From assembly GCF_031769215.1 (NCBI RefSeq), contig NW_026781915.1:1054001-1118000 (forward strand): DNA of 64,000 nucleotides. The letters run 5' to 3'. Positions 50,701 to 64,000 of this stretch are shown in pieces; positions within the stretch are counted from its first letter, which is position 1, and every line of letters begins with the position of its first letter. Origin of the DNA: Ylistrum balloti. Its lineage: Eukaryota. The notes beneath the pieces were generated by a model that did not search any database, was not told where the DNA came from, and saw only the letters and a program-made list of their open reading frames with translations. The position numbers were made by a program, and so were the translations under genes.

Positions 50701-53344
50701 TCATGAGATACAAACTGGTAGACAAGTGTGTGGAGGGCTTAGAGTAGGACATCACAAGTGTCTACTCAGACATAAGAGGATGTTTAATGGATGGGTGTCA
50801 AGATCAGCTTTAAGGGTGGCAGAACTTCCATTTTCCTTTTTTTGAGGGGCGTTCACATCATACCAAATGTTTAATGGTGATGTTAGCATAGCTGACTCAG
50901 AATATGTTATTATCTCTCTTGAAAGCTTTGGAAGAAGGTATGTCAATAGTACATGATTATATGGTGGAGTATTGGTCTGTTATAGATTATAAGAGAAAAG
51001 ATAAGTACTTTTCACCATTTCTTGCTTAGATATTCATATCAGAATTTTCAGATTTTTTTTTATGTATATCATGTAATCAGCTGTATTTCAACCTTCACTC
51101 TCAGAGATGTATGATGTGTAGTCAAGACTGGCAATGTGGGCTTGGTTGTCAACCAAAAGAAAAAATTAAAGTAGGTTTCAGGGAGATTTCCCTCCAGGAA
51201 ATTATGCAATACAAAAATAGCAGAAAACCCTGCAGATTGACTTGTACTCTCTTTTTCTATTTTAACATGCTTGTAGCATCAGTTGTTCTACCTTACCATT
51301 CTGTTTATACATGAGAGACCCAAGTGACATATTGGTGAATCATAGTGTGTAACAATGTATGTAAACAGTGAGACATTCCTCTTGGGTGACCAGGACAATC
51401 TAGTGATGGACATTAAATAACTGTTAATAGTTGGGAATAGATGTTCTCATATTGTTTACCCAGGTACATTACCATTCGAAAGTTGATGTAAAGATAGCAA
51501 AATATTGATCAATGGAATATATGGATGTTGACAAAGAAAAGATTCTGTGTTGAGTTTTGAATCAATGCACAACCTCTTTAAAATATTTTCACAGCTATAT
51601 TTTTAATACCTTTGTAGAATGTTTGTCATAGTTTCCTGTGTAGTCTACCTGTGTCTTTATCTGCTGGTTACGACCTTGTAAATGACTTACCTTCCTTCTC
51701 TGCTTATTCTGCTGTCATACAAAACTTACCTGTCAAAGGTACAAAGGACTATATTAGTACTACCTGTAATATATATCGTACCTGTCCTCAAAATACCATT
51801 GATATATAATCTAATGATAAAAATAGCTATAAACAAAAATTAAAAAATGTTACTTACACATTATGATACTGAAATGACAATAATTTCAGTAGTTGGTCAC
51901 GGCAGAGCAATTTCGAAATTTGACTCTAAGCAAAACGTGAGAATGTTTTCAGTTTCTGTGAATGGAAAAGTGATAGTAAAGTTAAACAGGGCATGCATGA
52001 AAATGTTTTATTTTTCTTCATGTAGAAAATATGTTTGAGTTGTTACAAAAAATTACTGCTGATGAAAAGTGTTAAAAATTGACAACAGGTGGGCAAGTTT
52101 ACCTGAGGATAAATCAAATTTGTAATGTAATCCAACCTTTTAGCTATCTATCAAGTTTTACTAGAAAAAAGGTCATGGGGTCATCAACTATTTGAGAGAT
52201 TTATGTCAATTTATTTGTGTTTTGTAAGAAAACAATTTTATTCCAGCTGTGATTGAGAAACTTTATGAGTTAGGAACAGCTTTTGTATCATCAGTTTAAG
52301 TTGGTTATGAGTGGCTTTTTTCATGTCACTTTTGTAGGTAAATGCCTTATCTGTTTCAACACCTACAATTTTCTTACAATCACAGCACTGCTCAATAGAA
52401 ATTTAAGTAAAAAAATACTGCAAATTTTGTATTTCTATGTATACAGAAATTGATTTAAAAAGTCATTGCAGTTTTAAAATTGGATTGCCGAAATCAAATG
52501 TCAAGGTCATATGATAATGTTGATATGTACTAGGGGTCATGCAATGTCGTATGAATGCTTTGAAAAGTAAATAAACAGACTAATTTGGAAACCAAACTGT
52601 GATAATACAGAATTCTGGCTTGTACCCAATGATGTTATGTGTTATCCAGGGCTGTTTCAAAAGCAGACAAACCTTTGTGCAGCACACATGCTTTCTAATC
52701 TAAAATTAGGGCAATATCTTACCCAAGGGTTGTGTCATGTACTTGGTATGCTTAGGTGGCTGTAGTCTATTGGCAAGCATCATTTTCTGTTTAAGTTTAC
52801 AGTTAGATGACAAAATGTTGATTGCCACCTTAATGTAGAATAGTTTTGATTACTAAATCTGATCACCACCTATACATAAATAGATATAATGTATATAAAA
52901 CCATGTGTTGAAGAACACCTGTGTATTAAGGAAACTGTGGTGAAGGACATAAGGGAATTTTTTCTCCTATGAATGGTAGTAGAATTTTCTCTGTGCTGTG
53001 TTTTGATTGTGAAAGTTTTTACAAAAGCTGATGGTGGTTTCGTTTGCTTGTTTGGGGTTTTTGCATATTGTCAACAGCCAGAGTCATAGGAACATGGTTC
53101 CAATAGATAATAGCGCCACAGACAGATGTTTTTATAGTGCCAGCTCACTGAAATATCACAAGCGAAATATGATAGTATACACCTGTCCAAGTCACATTAT
53201 ACTAACAACTGGCTAGGTAGAGAGTGAATGACTGCAAAACATATGTTCAAGTTTAGAACTATGTAAACCCTTTGTATCAACAGACCTAAATGTACCTCAA
53301 CAAGCCTTGGCTGTGCCACTTTTCCCCAGAGATCTGGATGAGGC

Positions 53345-53585
53345 CCCTACTCCAGGTTCTTACCAGCTATAAAGATACCTAGATTTGTGGACTAGGACAT
53401 CCCTCATCTTGGTCCCTGCTAGGGCTATAAAGACATCTAGAGACCTTGACTAGGACGTCCTTCCTCTAGGTCCCTGCTAGGGCTATAAAGACATCTAGAG
53501 ACCTGGACTAGGACGTCCTTCCTCTAGGTCCCTGCTAGGACTATTAAGACATTTTGAGACCTGGACTAGGTAGTCCCTGAGCTAG
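53345..53585. repeat. 58-bp tandem repeat, about 4 units
   Basis: ggtccctgctagggctataaagacatctagag recurs at 53411 and 53469. Confidence 0.88.
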
Positions 53586-56054
53586 GTCTCTTATTAAAGC
53601 TATATTGGCACTGGTAGATATGGACTGGGGTGGATAGCCAGGAGATTAATGATCCTAAAGGTTGTAGGTCATTAAGCTCATTTCAAACTTGATGCAAGAT
53701 AACAGTTCAATCACCAAGAAGCTTGTCATTATTGTTGTGATGAATAGTCAAGCTTTTTGTTAACCACACATGGACCTACACAGGCACGGGGCCAAATGTC
53801 ACACTAACAGGTTAAGTTGTCAGAAATTGAGATATTAGATGTTAATTACTTGCCCAACTGATACAGTGTTTCTGATACTGTAACCAATAAGCTTTTGGGA
53901 AAAAAACTAAGGTAGATTTACGATCAAATTTGCATTGTTGTGACTACACAGCCAATAAGAGAAAATTACATAAGTATGGTTTTAACAGAATATCATATTC
54001 TGTGTAATAATGATCTCAATTTAATGTCCCATTTGAATCTTTGTCCAGCCAGGTATACCTGTATAATGAATGGACTTTTCCTTTGGACTTCAAGTATAGT
54101 ATAAGGTCAAGGGTCATTTAACACTAAATGGTACCAGGTCATGGTATTAAACTTTTCACAGGAAATTCCTTATGACCATACTTGACCATCCTATAAGAGA
54201 TGGACCTATACAGAACACAATGGTTAACGTTTTGACAGAAATAAGGTCTATTGGTCTGTGTAATGAATTACAATTAGCTGATGGAAGTGTTTGTTGATTT
54301 CTAAAGTAAAACTTGGTATAAACACTAATAAAAATGATTCAGTGTCCAGTAGTTGTAACTGACCGCTTGAGAAACTCTTTGAGCTGATATGAACTTTCAG
54401 TATGAAGTGGTCATTTGCCGCAATAAAGGTACGAAACGAATGAATATTAAGTAGTAATTTATAATAAAAACTGCTTAAAATGAATATTGGTGAAAGCATT
54501 TCTTGTTTACCTGTTTTAATATGCTTGTATTAACTTCTCTGAGACTTTTCACATTTAACAAGTAGATATATGGTGGAAATGAACCTTATTATACAAACAG
54601 AACACCATCTGTGTAAGAATTTATAATTATACATGTGTAACGTACCTGTCAGAGCGAATCTCTGTACTCAATATGCCTTTGATCTTAACGTGACAAGGAC
54701 ATAATGACAATGCTGTGATAGGACAGTTTAGTGACTTTTTTTAAGAAGGACCGTTATCTGTGCTTTGTTGTGCTTGTAATGACATTGTGATATTTCATTT
54801 TAGTGTCAGACCATGATTCCTATTTGTTTTGTGTAATCTTAAGTCAAGTGAACACAAATAAACGTTCTATTTACTGTTGGAATGTTATTGTTGTAATAAA
54901 GAGTACGGAAGCGCCGTCAGCCTAACGTCTGCGACAAGAAACGTCATGATAACAACTTTTAAAATAAATAGATCTTCACAGATCGAATGCCTTCACCAGT
55001 GCAATGACAAATTTTCTGTACATATTTTCAAGAACTTCATTGATACGATTTTGCTGACTGCCTTAATACAAATATTTGTATGTTGATTTTCAGTAAGATA
55101 TCTAGGTCATTGCCTTACGTAGGTTTTTTTTACGTTGCCTGTCCTGTATTTAAATGGCTGTATTTCCTTTAGGCCCCGTGTACGACCTGATCTGTTATTT
55201 TGGTTCGCTGTGGTCTGTGATAATACAAACTCGCTGAACCATGGTTATCGTTTTGACATATTTTTCATCACAATGAGCAGGGATCATCCTTTATGTTTTA
55301 TGGAGGAACGTTGTAATAACTTCGGGGTGTGTTTATTTTTCTGCTCGATGATGTTTTGTAAATATAGGACAAAATTTCATTTTAAAGAAGTCATTCTTGC
55401 ATAAAAAATATTCATAGATAAAATAGGCGTTTTATCAAGATTGTAGTGAAGATACATATTTGAAAAAGGGGAAAATTATAATGATATGCTTGATTTTTAT
55501 AATATATTTAAATCCATCAGCAAACTTGTGTATACATGTGTTATTGAAAGATGAAAGAAAAATAAAATGTATTTATCAGTTTAAAAGACCAATTCAAGAC
55601 TTCATTCTTATAGATACTGCTGGACAAGTCCTATGCTGTCTTTAGAAGACATATGATTTTTGTTTTGTTGGTTTGTTTTTTCAATGCTATGTGGTTCTAT
55701 TACACACCATTTGAACTGAAATACTGTTAAAATAGTCTTATTAAGTTAGTTTTTTTTGGACAATTTTTACGTGGTATATGTATTAAAGTATCAGGAAAGT
55801 AGGACCATTACCACATGTTGTCTGACAGACATATCAGCTTTACTGTATGTTTCACCAATAGTGTTATCAGGTTTTATAATGACATTGAATGGTGTCTGTA
55901 TCATGATAATTCTTGATGACTAAACTTTGAGTTAGTAGTGGGAACTATTCCAGCAGTTCTTATTCATGTGTACTACAATTGGTGTGGTTAAAACTACTTC
56001 CCATGGTCATTTGGACCTCTTGTTGCACTCTGTCTGTACCAGAGGTGTTCAAGT

Positions 56055-56640
56055 GGCATCTTCTCACAACCTCCTTCCCAGGGGTGTTTGTATATCATCT
56101 TCTCTAAACCTCCTTCCCAGGGGTGTTTGTGTATCATCTTCTCACAACTTCCTTCCCAGGGGTGTTTGTGTGTTTGTATATCATCTTCTCACAACCTCCT
56201 TCCTAGGGGTGTTTGTGTGTCATCTTCTCACAACCTCCTTCCCAGGGGTGTTTGGATATCATCTTCTCACAACCTCCTTCCTTGAGATTTTGTTTGTCAT
56301 ATGCATTACCCCTTCCCAGGGGTTTTGTGTGTCATTTTTTCACAACCTCCCTCCCAGTGACATTTGCATTTCATCTTCTGACAGCTTCCTTCCCAGGGGT
56401 GTTTTTTTTATCTTCTTCTCAGAACATCCTTCCCAGGAGTTTTGTGTTTGTAAGTGTGTCATCTTTTCACAACCTCCCTCCTAGTGGTTTTTGTGTGTCA
56501 TATTCACGCAACCTCCCTCCCAGAGGTGTTGCTATGTCTTCATCTCACAGCGTTAATATTTGAAATGTTCATGAGTTATCCCTTTACGACATACAACTCA
56601 GAAGAATTTTTCTTATACCCTTTCAATACCTACATCCCTG
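56055..56640. repeat. Degenerate 39-bp minisatellite (catcttctcacaacctccttcccaggggtgtttgtgtat)
   Basis: Tandem repeats; source of the SSSHNLLPRGVC ORFs. Confidence 0.9.
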
Positions 56641-59151
56641 GGGGTTAGCTGTGTCATATACCTTCAACCTCCCTCAAAGGTCCTTTTCTGTGCTTTTATC
56701 CTATCCCGACCTCTATCCCACTTGTGTTGCTTTATACTCTCAATGTGTTTTTCATTGAAAGTTTTTGTTTGTGTTGGTTAGCAACAATCTTCATTTCTCA
56801 TGTATTTACATTTCCTTACAACTTACATAGGCATGTTTCTAAACAACTTGATTAGAAAGGCTTGTTTCTGAGGAGCTTTGTTTGTAAAAGACATGTTCTT
56901 GAAAACTCGTTTTGTAATAAATTTGTTGTTAAAGAGCTCATTTGTGATGGACATGAATATGAATTTTTTATTTGCAACAGACATGTTTTTTAAGAAAAAT
57001 CCCTCTAAGCCAGACAGTTTGTTTTAGAATATATAGATATAGTTAGTGAGTTTGTCAGACTCTTTGTATGCTTGATATGTCCTGGCCTTGTAGGATAAAT
57101 CTTATGTCACTGATGTGGTGTCCAGAGGGTGTGATGTATATATCATCTGTTGCCAACTAACAAGACAGAGCTTAACATGATAATGCTTCTGGGGTTTAAT
57201 TTGAAAATGAAAATGACAATGACAATTTCTTTGCCTGTTGAGGACAGTGTAATATGTTGGTGACCATTTCTTTACTTGTTCAGGAAGGTGTTGGTGACCC
57301 TGGTCAAATTTCCTCTCCTAGCACAGAAATGTTAGTTTTATCTATTTACTCAATAGGGCAGATACACACAGAACTGTGGTCATTCCTAACAGGGATGAGT
57401 GGTCAGTTATTTCTGATACACATATTTAACTTGTTTTCCTAAATATCTTATAAAAATCATTTTAGAATCTTAAAATACTTGAAATGACTCTGTTCTATAA
57501 AACATCAATTTGGTCACTGAGTATTGAGTGAGAGTTTCAACAAATTTTATTTAGTTATTGAGATTTTGAAGTACAGGGTTATCTGTAAAACAGTCTTTAT
57601 GAAGAAGTCAGTGTTGAAACTCTTCTGGAAGAAAATAAATTTACACTGTCTAGTCGACAAACTTAAACAGCAATAAACTTTTTCATGGAGTCTTAAATTC
57701 CAAACTGTTGAAGGTCTTAGATCAGACATAAATAATCATGAGATTCAGGTGTATTTTGTACTTGAATTTACAATTTCTGTCTATATTGAAATAAGTCTGA
57801 CCTTTCCCCTCTCACCATGCTAAATGACAGGTTTTAGGCAAGCTTCCCTTTAATCATACCTCTGATGATATGAAGTTTTCAGCTCGTATTTATGGTAGTT
57901 GTGTGATGCTTTTTGGTCTGTCATGGTGAGTATTTACGACAGTTATGTGATGTGGAGGCCTGTTGGGGTGGGAGATATGGTCTATATATCTTTCAACATA
58001 TCTCTCTAGTTCAATTTGACAAGAATTAGTCTCTGTGGGAGATTGGCAAATAGGAGAGGGTTATTTCTTTCACTTTCTCTGATAAAAGGGAGACATCTTT
58101 ATCCCAGAGTTTGAGACACTGGCTCCAAAGTGGCACTTTTCACTAAAGTGTACAAACAAACCTCTAAAGCCAATTACTGGCGTCTTGGTCAAATGTTGTG
58201 TACACATTGTATGTCTAATCGGCTATATATTGTCTATGGGATATGAGGTTCAAATCATGTGGGATCGCAAAATTATCAGCGATAATATATAGCAGTATTC
58301 ATGGTTAATGTCTGTCCTTTTTCATTTCAATTGTTTTGGTTGGTTTTATGGGGAATCAAACATTCTCACCTGGTCCAGGAAAATAGACAGAACTTTTACA
58401 AACAAGGAAGATGATACATATTGTACGTGTAATTCAAAACGTTCTTGACTTGCATTTAACAAATAACACTAACAAAAGGCACAGCTTGAAAACTCCCAAC
58501 GTTTTGACGTTAAGTGGAAAATTAAAGAAAAATTCATCGTTTTTTTTAGAAGAAATAGAACACCCTGGCACATTTAATGGCTGTAAAATTCTATTATGTA
58601 TGATAAATTTCTGATTATTTAAACAATTCTTTTTGACATTGATTTATCAGCTCAGACTTTGTGATGCAATTTTGTGGTTATATGATTTGATTAAGTATTA
58701 TTCATGCTGGTGTTACTTTGTATCAGAATGTCTTGATTTATTTTACAAAGACTGCATGTTTTTTTCTTATGAAAATGCTAACTCTTTTGCATTTGATTGA
58801 AATTTTTAAGTAGTCATCAGTGTTATTGATGTCTGGAGTAACTTGTGATTTAGAAAATGGTTTTGATATTCCTGACTACAATTAAATGGAAAGTTTTGTT
58901 TATATAGATATCATGCCTGGAGTGATCCCTTTGGTTTTAATCGTTTCCGAGCAATATTTTATGGGTCAAGTTCATTGGGTCAAATGTCACACCAGGACTC
59001 CATTTTCTGATGTTGTTTGGTGGGGGATGTATCTTAATGAGCACTTGTTCACTTGACTTTATTTCATTGTGTTGTCTAATAATTGTATTGCATGAAAGTC
59101 ATTTAACTATGAATGTCAGCCATGATTGTAATGTGTCCCCCTGTGTTGTAG

Positions 59152-59318
59152 GTGTCAGACGTTGTCGTCCCTGGACAACCTGAAGACATCACAGCCAAAG
59201 AAGCCTTGTTGCTATGGAGTCGACGAACAGTGGAAGGCTACCCTGGGGTCAAGATCAACAACTTCAGCAAAAGTTGGAGGGACGGACGTGCATTCCTATC
59301 CATTATACACAGACACAG
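59152..59318 (+). CDS. DST: Spectraplakin exon, linker plus first half of CH2: VSDVVVPGQPEDITAKEALLLWSRRTVEGYPGVKINNFSKSWRDGRAFLSIIHRH(R)
   Basis: Acceptor ccctgtgttgtag and donor GTCAGT at 59319; 167 nt, phase 0-2. Shows the CH2 motifs TAKExLLLW and NFxxSWRDGxAF; continues exon 14060-14152 in frame. Confidence 0.96.
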
Positions 59319-60257
59319 GTCAGTACTGTGATGTCACATCCTGTGTTGTGATATGTTTTCAGTCATTATCAAATTTTTTTTAATAATTCTTTCTTCTGGG
59401 AAAAACTCAACAAGCCAGTCATTTCCCAAGAAAAGACTTCCAAAATATTTTTGTCAGTTTGACAATATTCATGATTATTTATTTAACTTTCTGTTGTTTT
59501 TCTTCTCTTAGAATGATAGTGTTTATAGAGAGTTATTTGTGTTTATTAAAAGTTAAGTTGTTAAACCTGGAGTAAAAACGTGTCTTTGTCTCTTCGAATT
59601 GCCTTCCATCTTTATCTGTAGACAATCACATGTCTTCATGCTATACCAGGGTGAAAAGATGTTCTTCAGTGTTAACCAGTAAAAAAGTTTTGATTTGATA
59701 CAGGATCATACAAACTGTATGAAATGTGGGATTGTGTATTTATTGATTGATGTACTACTGTATACATTCACAGATAACCGATTTCCAGCTCAGTCTTTCT
59801 CTGCCATATCCATGCTATAAAAATGATAACGGGTTGTAGAGGCCTAGAAATAATCATTGTTACCTGACAAGTTAGAGCTAGTTTGGCTCATCAGTCAGGT
59901 GGAATACTCTGGGCGATCAATCCAGATTCCAAACCAATGGATACTGGTGTGTTGTTTATGTTCTGTCTTTAATGGCAGACACTATGGATTACTGAGATGT
60001 AGGGGAGGTGAATTCAGTTTACTGGGGTGTTCTTATGATCAGAGATTGTGAATGAGGCTATAATTATTCCAGGGTGACATCTACTATGTCTACTACTTTT
60101 TGTAACACATGTCAGCTTTCGCACTCGGGTCCTATTTAGTAATAAAATGCATGAAAAACAATTCAAGACATTTTGCCAAATTGGAGTGCTTTGAGGTTAA
60201 GTCTGACACCAAGTGCTGACATTCTCTTTTTTCATGTACGATACAGGATAGATCCCA

Positions 60258-60415
60258 CCACAACTATGTCCCACAGCTCACCCTAGTATAACAATATCCA
60301 GGAGATCACTTTAAAATAACAATGTCCCCGCAGATCGCCCTAAAACAACAATGTCCCACAGGTCATACTAATACAACAATGTCCCACAGGTCATACTAAT
60401 ACAACAATGTCCCTG
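60258..60415. repeat. Short degenerate 28-33-bp repeat (acaacaatgtcccacaggtcatactaat)
   Basis: About 5 imperfect copies. Confidence 0.75.
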
Positions 60416-61164
60416 AAGGTCAGACCCTGTTTTGGCGGCAAGATGAACTTAGGCAATATTTAGGTTGGGCAGAAAATCATCACCATGATAAATACACTGT
60501 TACGCCTGATTAAGTTTCTCACACAAATATCCACACGGCTGTCAGGACTTCGGTGACTAGAGGACGTAGAACTTACATGCAGGATAATCAATGTGGAAAT
60601 ATATGCAGAGTGATCGTGTGTCTTGTCTCTGTGAAATGGGATGCCCTAGATAATTTAATTTGCCAGTTTGATTTGTCATTGAAATTTAAGATATATACCC
60701 TTTGAAATTTACCTGAACTGCTCCTTAGTGTTACTGGCAGAGCTCGTTTGGATTTTGTGTATGACAGACACCTGTGTAGAATTACAATGAGGAATCATCC
60801 TTTTGTTTACATTCTTTAGTACGTAATTTCAAAATTGTTATTTGATATGGCATCCAGTTATGTCACTAAGATATTGTATGGTGAAAAAAAACTAATTTGG
60901 CCAAACATATAAGATTGAATGATTTAATATCATTTCCAATCCAGCACCTGTCAATTGAATGTAGGCCATTTGGTCTTTGTAAGCTTCAATTGATATATTT
61001 CATTTCAAATGTTATTTATGTTTTGTTTGTCTATCATTAATCTATGTATGTAATTTGAGAAGGATTATTACAATAAATGTCCCTGACATGTTTGAAGTTG
61101 AGGTCATAATTGAGTCAGAGGTTGATTGGTTATTAGGTCACAGGTCAAGTGATTGCTACAAATA

Positions 61165-61290
61165 TGTACATAGGTCATCTGTCAAGGTCACTGCAGGGTA
61201 GATGTACATCGGTCATCTGTCAAGGTCACTGCAGGATAGATATACATAGGTCTTCTGTCAAGGTCACTACAGAGTAGATGTTTACAGATA
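61165..61290. repeat. 38-bp tandem repeat (acataggtcatctgtcaaggtcactgcagggtagatgt), about 3 units
   Basis: Units at 61168, 61206 and about 61244. Confidence 0.85.
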
Positions 61291-62034
61291 AGTCAATCAC
61301 ATCTATTATTATCACTGATGTAAACTTTAGTTTTCATTAATTATTAATGATATATTGATAATTGATTCAGTGATGAACATCAGATAAAATCTTAGGGAGA
61401 TCTCTGTCTCATTCGATACTATGAGGTTAATTCTATGTCATTCCTATGTGAATATATCCATTCTCTCATGAGATCTGATATGCTAATAGTTTCAATGTTT
61501 TGTATTACAATAGTGTATATGTTGCCTCTCATCACACTTTTAGATAACTTAGTCTGATACAAATTGTTTTCTTGTCAATGAAAATGTGTCCTTTGTATTG
61601 AGCTATTAGCAGTATCATTATCACCACTATACAGAGAGTAGTAGTAGATCTCCTTCGTGTTATAGTTTATGTTGGATGTTGAAGATAGGTTTGTCTACCT
61701 GCTATCAAATTTTACTGTATATAAATAGACCTATATATATATACTGGCCTTGCACTTTAAATTTCTATTGTAAGGATGTTTATTTTGTCTTTCAAACTTT
61801 CAGTGAACAGGGTTCTTTGTGTTTCTGACAGTCTGGTATTTCATTGACAAAGAGGTAATTCATTAGTCAGCTTTTGAGTGAAGAAGCAGAAAATTAAGTT
61901 TAAGTTAGACATTTTATGTCAGACTTATGAATAATATGATTGGTCATAGCTAAAATAGTGAATATTTTCTTCACAGACATGGTGTTATCTATATCTTACA
62001 AATGTTGTCTTGGAAGTAAATATCTTATCTGTGC

Positions 62035-62640
62035 TAATTTACATGCCCTACAAGTCACATAATACCTGTAATAATTTACCTGCCCTATAAGTCGCACAAT
62101 ACCTGTAATAATTTACCTGTCCTACAAGTCGCACAATACCTGTAATAATTTACCTGTCCTACAAGTCGCATAATACCTGTAATAATTTACCTGTCCTACA
62201 AGTCGCATAATACCTGTAATAATTTACCTGACCTACAAGTCATATGATACCTGCAATAATTTACCTGCTCTTCAAGTAAATTTAACACCTGTGATAATTT
62301 ACCTGACCTACAAGTTGCAAAATACCTGTCGTAATTTACCTGCTCTACAAGTCACATGATACCTGCAATAATTTACCTGCTCTGCAAGTAAATTTAACAC
62401 GTGTGATAATTTACCTGCCCTATAAGAAAATATAAAACCTATGATTATTTATCTGCTCTACATGTAAGTGTTACATCTGTGATAATTCACTTGTTTTACA
62501 AGTAAAAATGGCACATAGGATAAATTACCTGTTTCACAGGTAAACATGGTACCTGTAAAAAATTTACCTATGTTACAAGTAAATATAGTTTCTGTGATGA
62601 TAAATCTGTTTCACAAGTAAACTGTTACTGTGTACCTGTC
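62035..62640. repeat. 37-bp minisatellite (cataatacctgtaataatttacctgtcctacaagtcg), decaying toward the 3' end
   Basis: Direct tandem repeats. Confidence 0.92.
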
Positions 62641-63287
62641 AAGGTTGATATTCACATGATTATATGACATTGTTTGGAGATGAAAACTTTGAAGCTAGAT
62701 CTGCTGTCACCAGTAGACATTTTCCAGCCACTTATAAGGAACAAAACTGTATAATGATGTATGTTTGAAACTTGAGTAAAGCATTTGATATGGTGTGAAA
62801 CAACACAACTAAAGTTTTCATAACATACCTGTCCTGGTGATGTCACACTCTCTTACTGAAGAATTGGTTTCTGTGCCCCATTCCATTGAATGTCTCGCGA
62901 ACAATCCACTGTCCACAGATGAAATAAAAAGTTGAACTAAAATTACAAAATCTGATATCGTTTAACAGGTCTTTCATGTGACAGAATAGATTGGTATATA
63001 TAATGCATAAGTTTTGTATCAAAAGTCCTTTAGAGTTTGAATTACACATTCCTGGTTACATCTAATCAAGCTTTTGAACAGCTGGTACAAGATTTCCAAA
63101 ACAACTAAAAAAAAGACTTTTATTTAGAGGTCTTATTTTTAGTCTTGTTTTAAATAACGGTTTGTGTATCTAATTCTTTTGGAGAAAGTTCAATTCCTTA
63201 TAAGGTCATGTTAATTAAACATCCTACCTTTTTACCTGATGAGAGTATATTTTAAATTTAAACCTTTATTCAAAATTTTCCTTACAG

Positions 63288-63403
63288 ACCGGATCTTGTG
63301 GATCTCCAGAGAGCAAGGACCAGTACTCCCCGCCAGAATCTAGAGCTTGCCTTCAGTATTGCAGAGAAGGAATATGGAGTGACGAGATTACTTGACCCTG
63401 AAG
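63288..63403 (+). CDS. DST: Spectraplakin exon, second half of CH2: (R)PDLVDLQRARTSTPRQNLELAFSIAEKEYGVTRLLDPE
   Basis: Acceptor ttttccttacag and donor GTACTG at 63404; 116 nt, phase 2-1. Shows the NLExAFxxAExxxGVTRLLDPE motif; its phase matches the preceding exon. Confidence 0.96.
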
Positions 63404-64000
63404 GTACTGATGCTGGAAGAAAAAGTTTTCTAAGAGAGAATTATTTGCATAGAGTTTTCAGAATTTGACATGAAGATATGCAGATATAGTAGAGGAATCT
63501 CGGGGCTTCACGGGTCACATGGCTTGTCTGTAATTATTCATATAGAACTGTTGACCTGATGGTGTGACATGTAAGACTGACCAGTCCAGGTGAAACAGAA
63601 TTTGCCAGCAGGCATGAAATGACCATGTAATCCTCAGTAACCTTTCATTGTTGTAATGACCCTTCACTAACATAACCTGACATTGACCAGCAATCCATTT
63701 CATTCATCATTGTACTGACTGATATTATTGTTGATTAGACTGACCCAGACATACAGGTATACCTGTACCCCTCACACAGGTATTTAATCAATTACAGCCA
63801 CGATCAATGTCTAAATATTTATGTCGAGTTTAAATAATAGATACCCGATAAAGTAGTAACACTTGAAGGAAGTAAACAATCCACCTGTGGGTAAATTACC
63901 CAGGTAGGAAAACACATCTGACTAAGCTCAAACAGATTTACAGCCAGGTGGAAATATTTTGATCTTTAATTACTTTCAAGTACTTACTTAAGGATTTGCT

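Noticed and set aside
50867-50943. Strong donor AAG|GTATGT at 50938
   Set aside because: The phase-0 frame has an upstream stop and no ATG; only phase-1 or phase-2 frames are open, so it cannot join exon 59152 productively. It could be non-coding or join exon 63288, but there is no evidence.
54946-55077. MITTFKINRSSQIECL...LIQIF|gtatgt, phase 0, in a CpG-richer patch
   Set aside because: Donor has T at -1 and the peptide has no distinctive motif; indistinguishable from background without RNA data.
55135-55404. RPDLL in ORF 55135 resembling the RPDLV start of the CH2 exon
   Set aside because: The flanking residues do not match CH2; coincidental.
57254-57442. Acceptor ttgttcag|GAAGGTGTTGGTGACCCT... 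as a cassette exon
   Set aside because: The available donors give 47 nt or phase 1, both frameshifting; no homology recognised.
8738-62640. Regular arrays superficially resembling CRISPR
   Set aside because: Units are directly adjacent with no unique spacers, there are no cas genes, and the context is a eukaryotic intron.
1-64000. Nested minus-strand gene, transposase/RT ORFs, tRNA or rRNA genes
   Set aside because: None of the minus-strand or short ORFs shows a recognisable domain, and no intact cloverleaf or rRNA segment was seen. A Dfam/RepeatMasker and tblastx search would be needed to exclude decayed elements.

Overview
AT-rich eukaryotic (invertebrate, plausibly lophotrochozoan/bivalve; this is inference) genomic DNA lying entirely inside one large + strand gene: a spectraplakin of the dystonin/MACF1/plectin/Drosophila shot family. 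Five canonical GT-AG exons (7773-7862, 8544-8621, 14060-14152, 59152-59318, 63288-63403) splice in frame to encode most of the N-terminal actin-binding domain (CH1 and CH2). The gene starts upstream of the window and continues downstream. About one fifth of the window is roughly 20 different minisatellite arrays, and these explain all the long ORFs in the track. The most interesting signal is the 45-kb intron between CH1 and CH2 (14153-59151). It appears to hold a battery of ATG-initiated, phase-0 alternative first exons that could each splice onto the CH2 exon, giving CH1-less isoforms with different targeting N-termini. The three best candidates are a signal-anchor plus polybasic leader (24417-24560), a Cys-cluster leader with five R-R/K-x-S kinase motifs (37659-38027) and an MFGCFGKKKKK leader (49648-49749). 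Several weaker candidates are also listed. Local duplications have also copied splice sites: an in-frame second donor after the first exon, a duplicated acceptor before the second exon, and minisatellites built from donor sequences. No transcript data were available, so all alternative exons are predictions.
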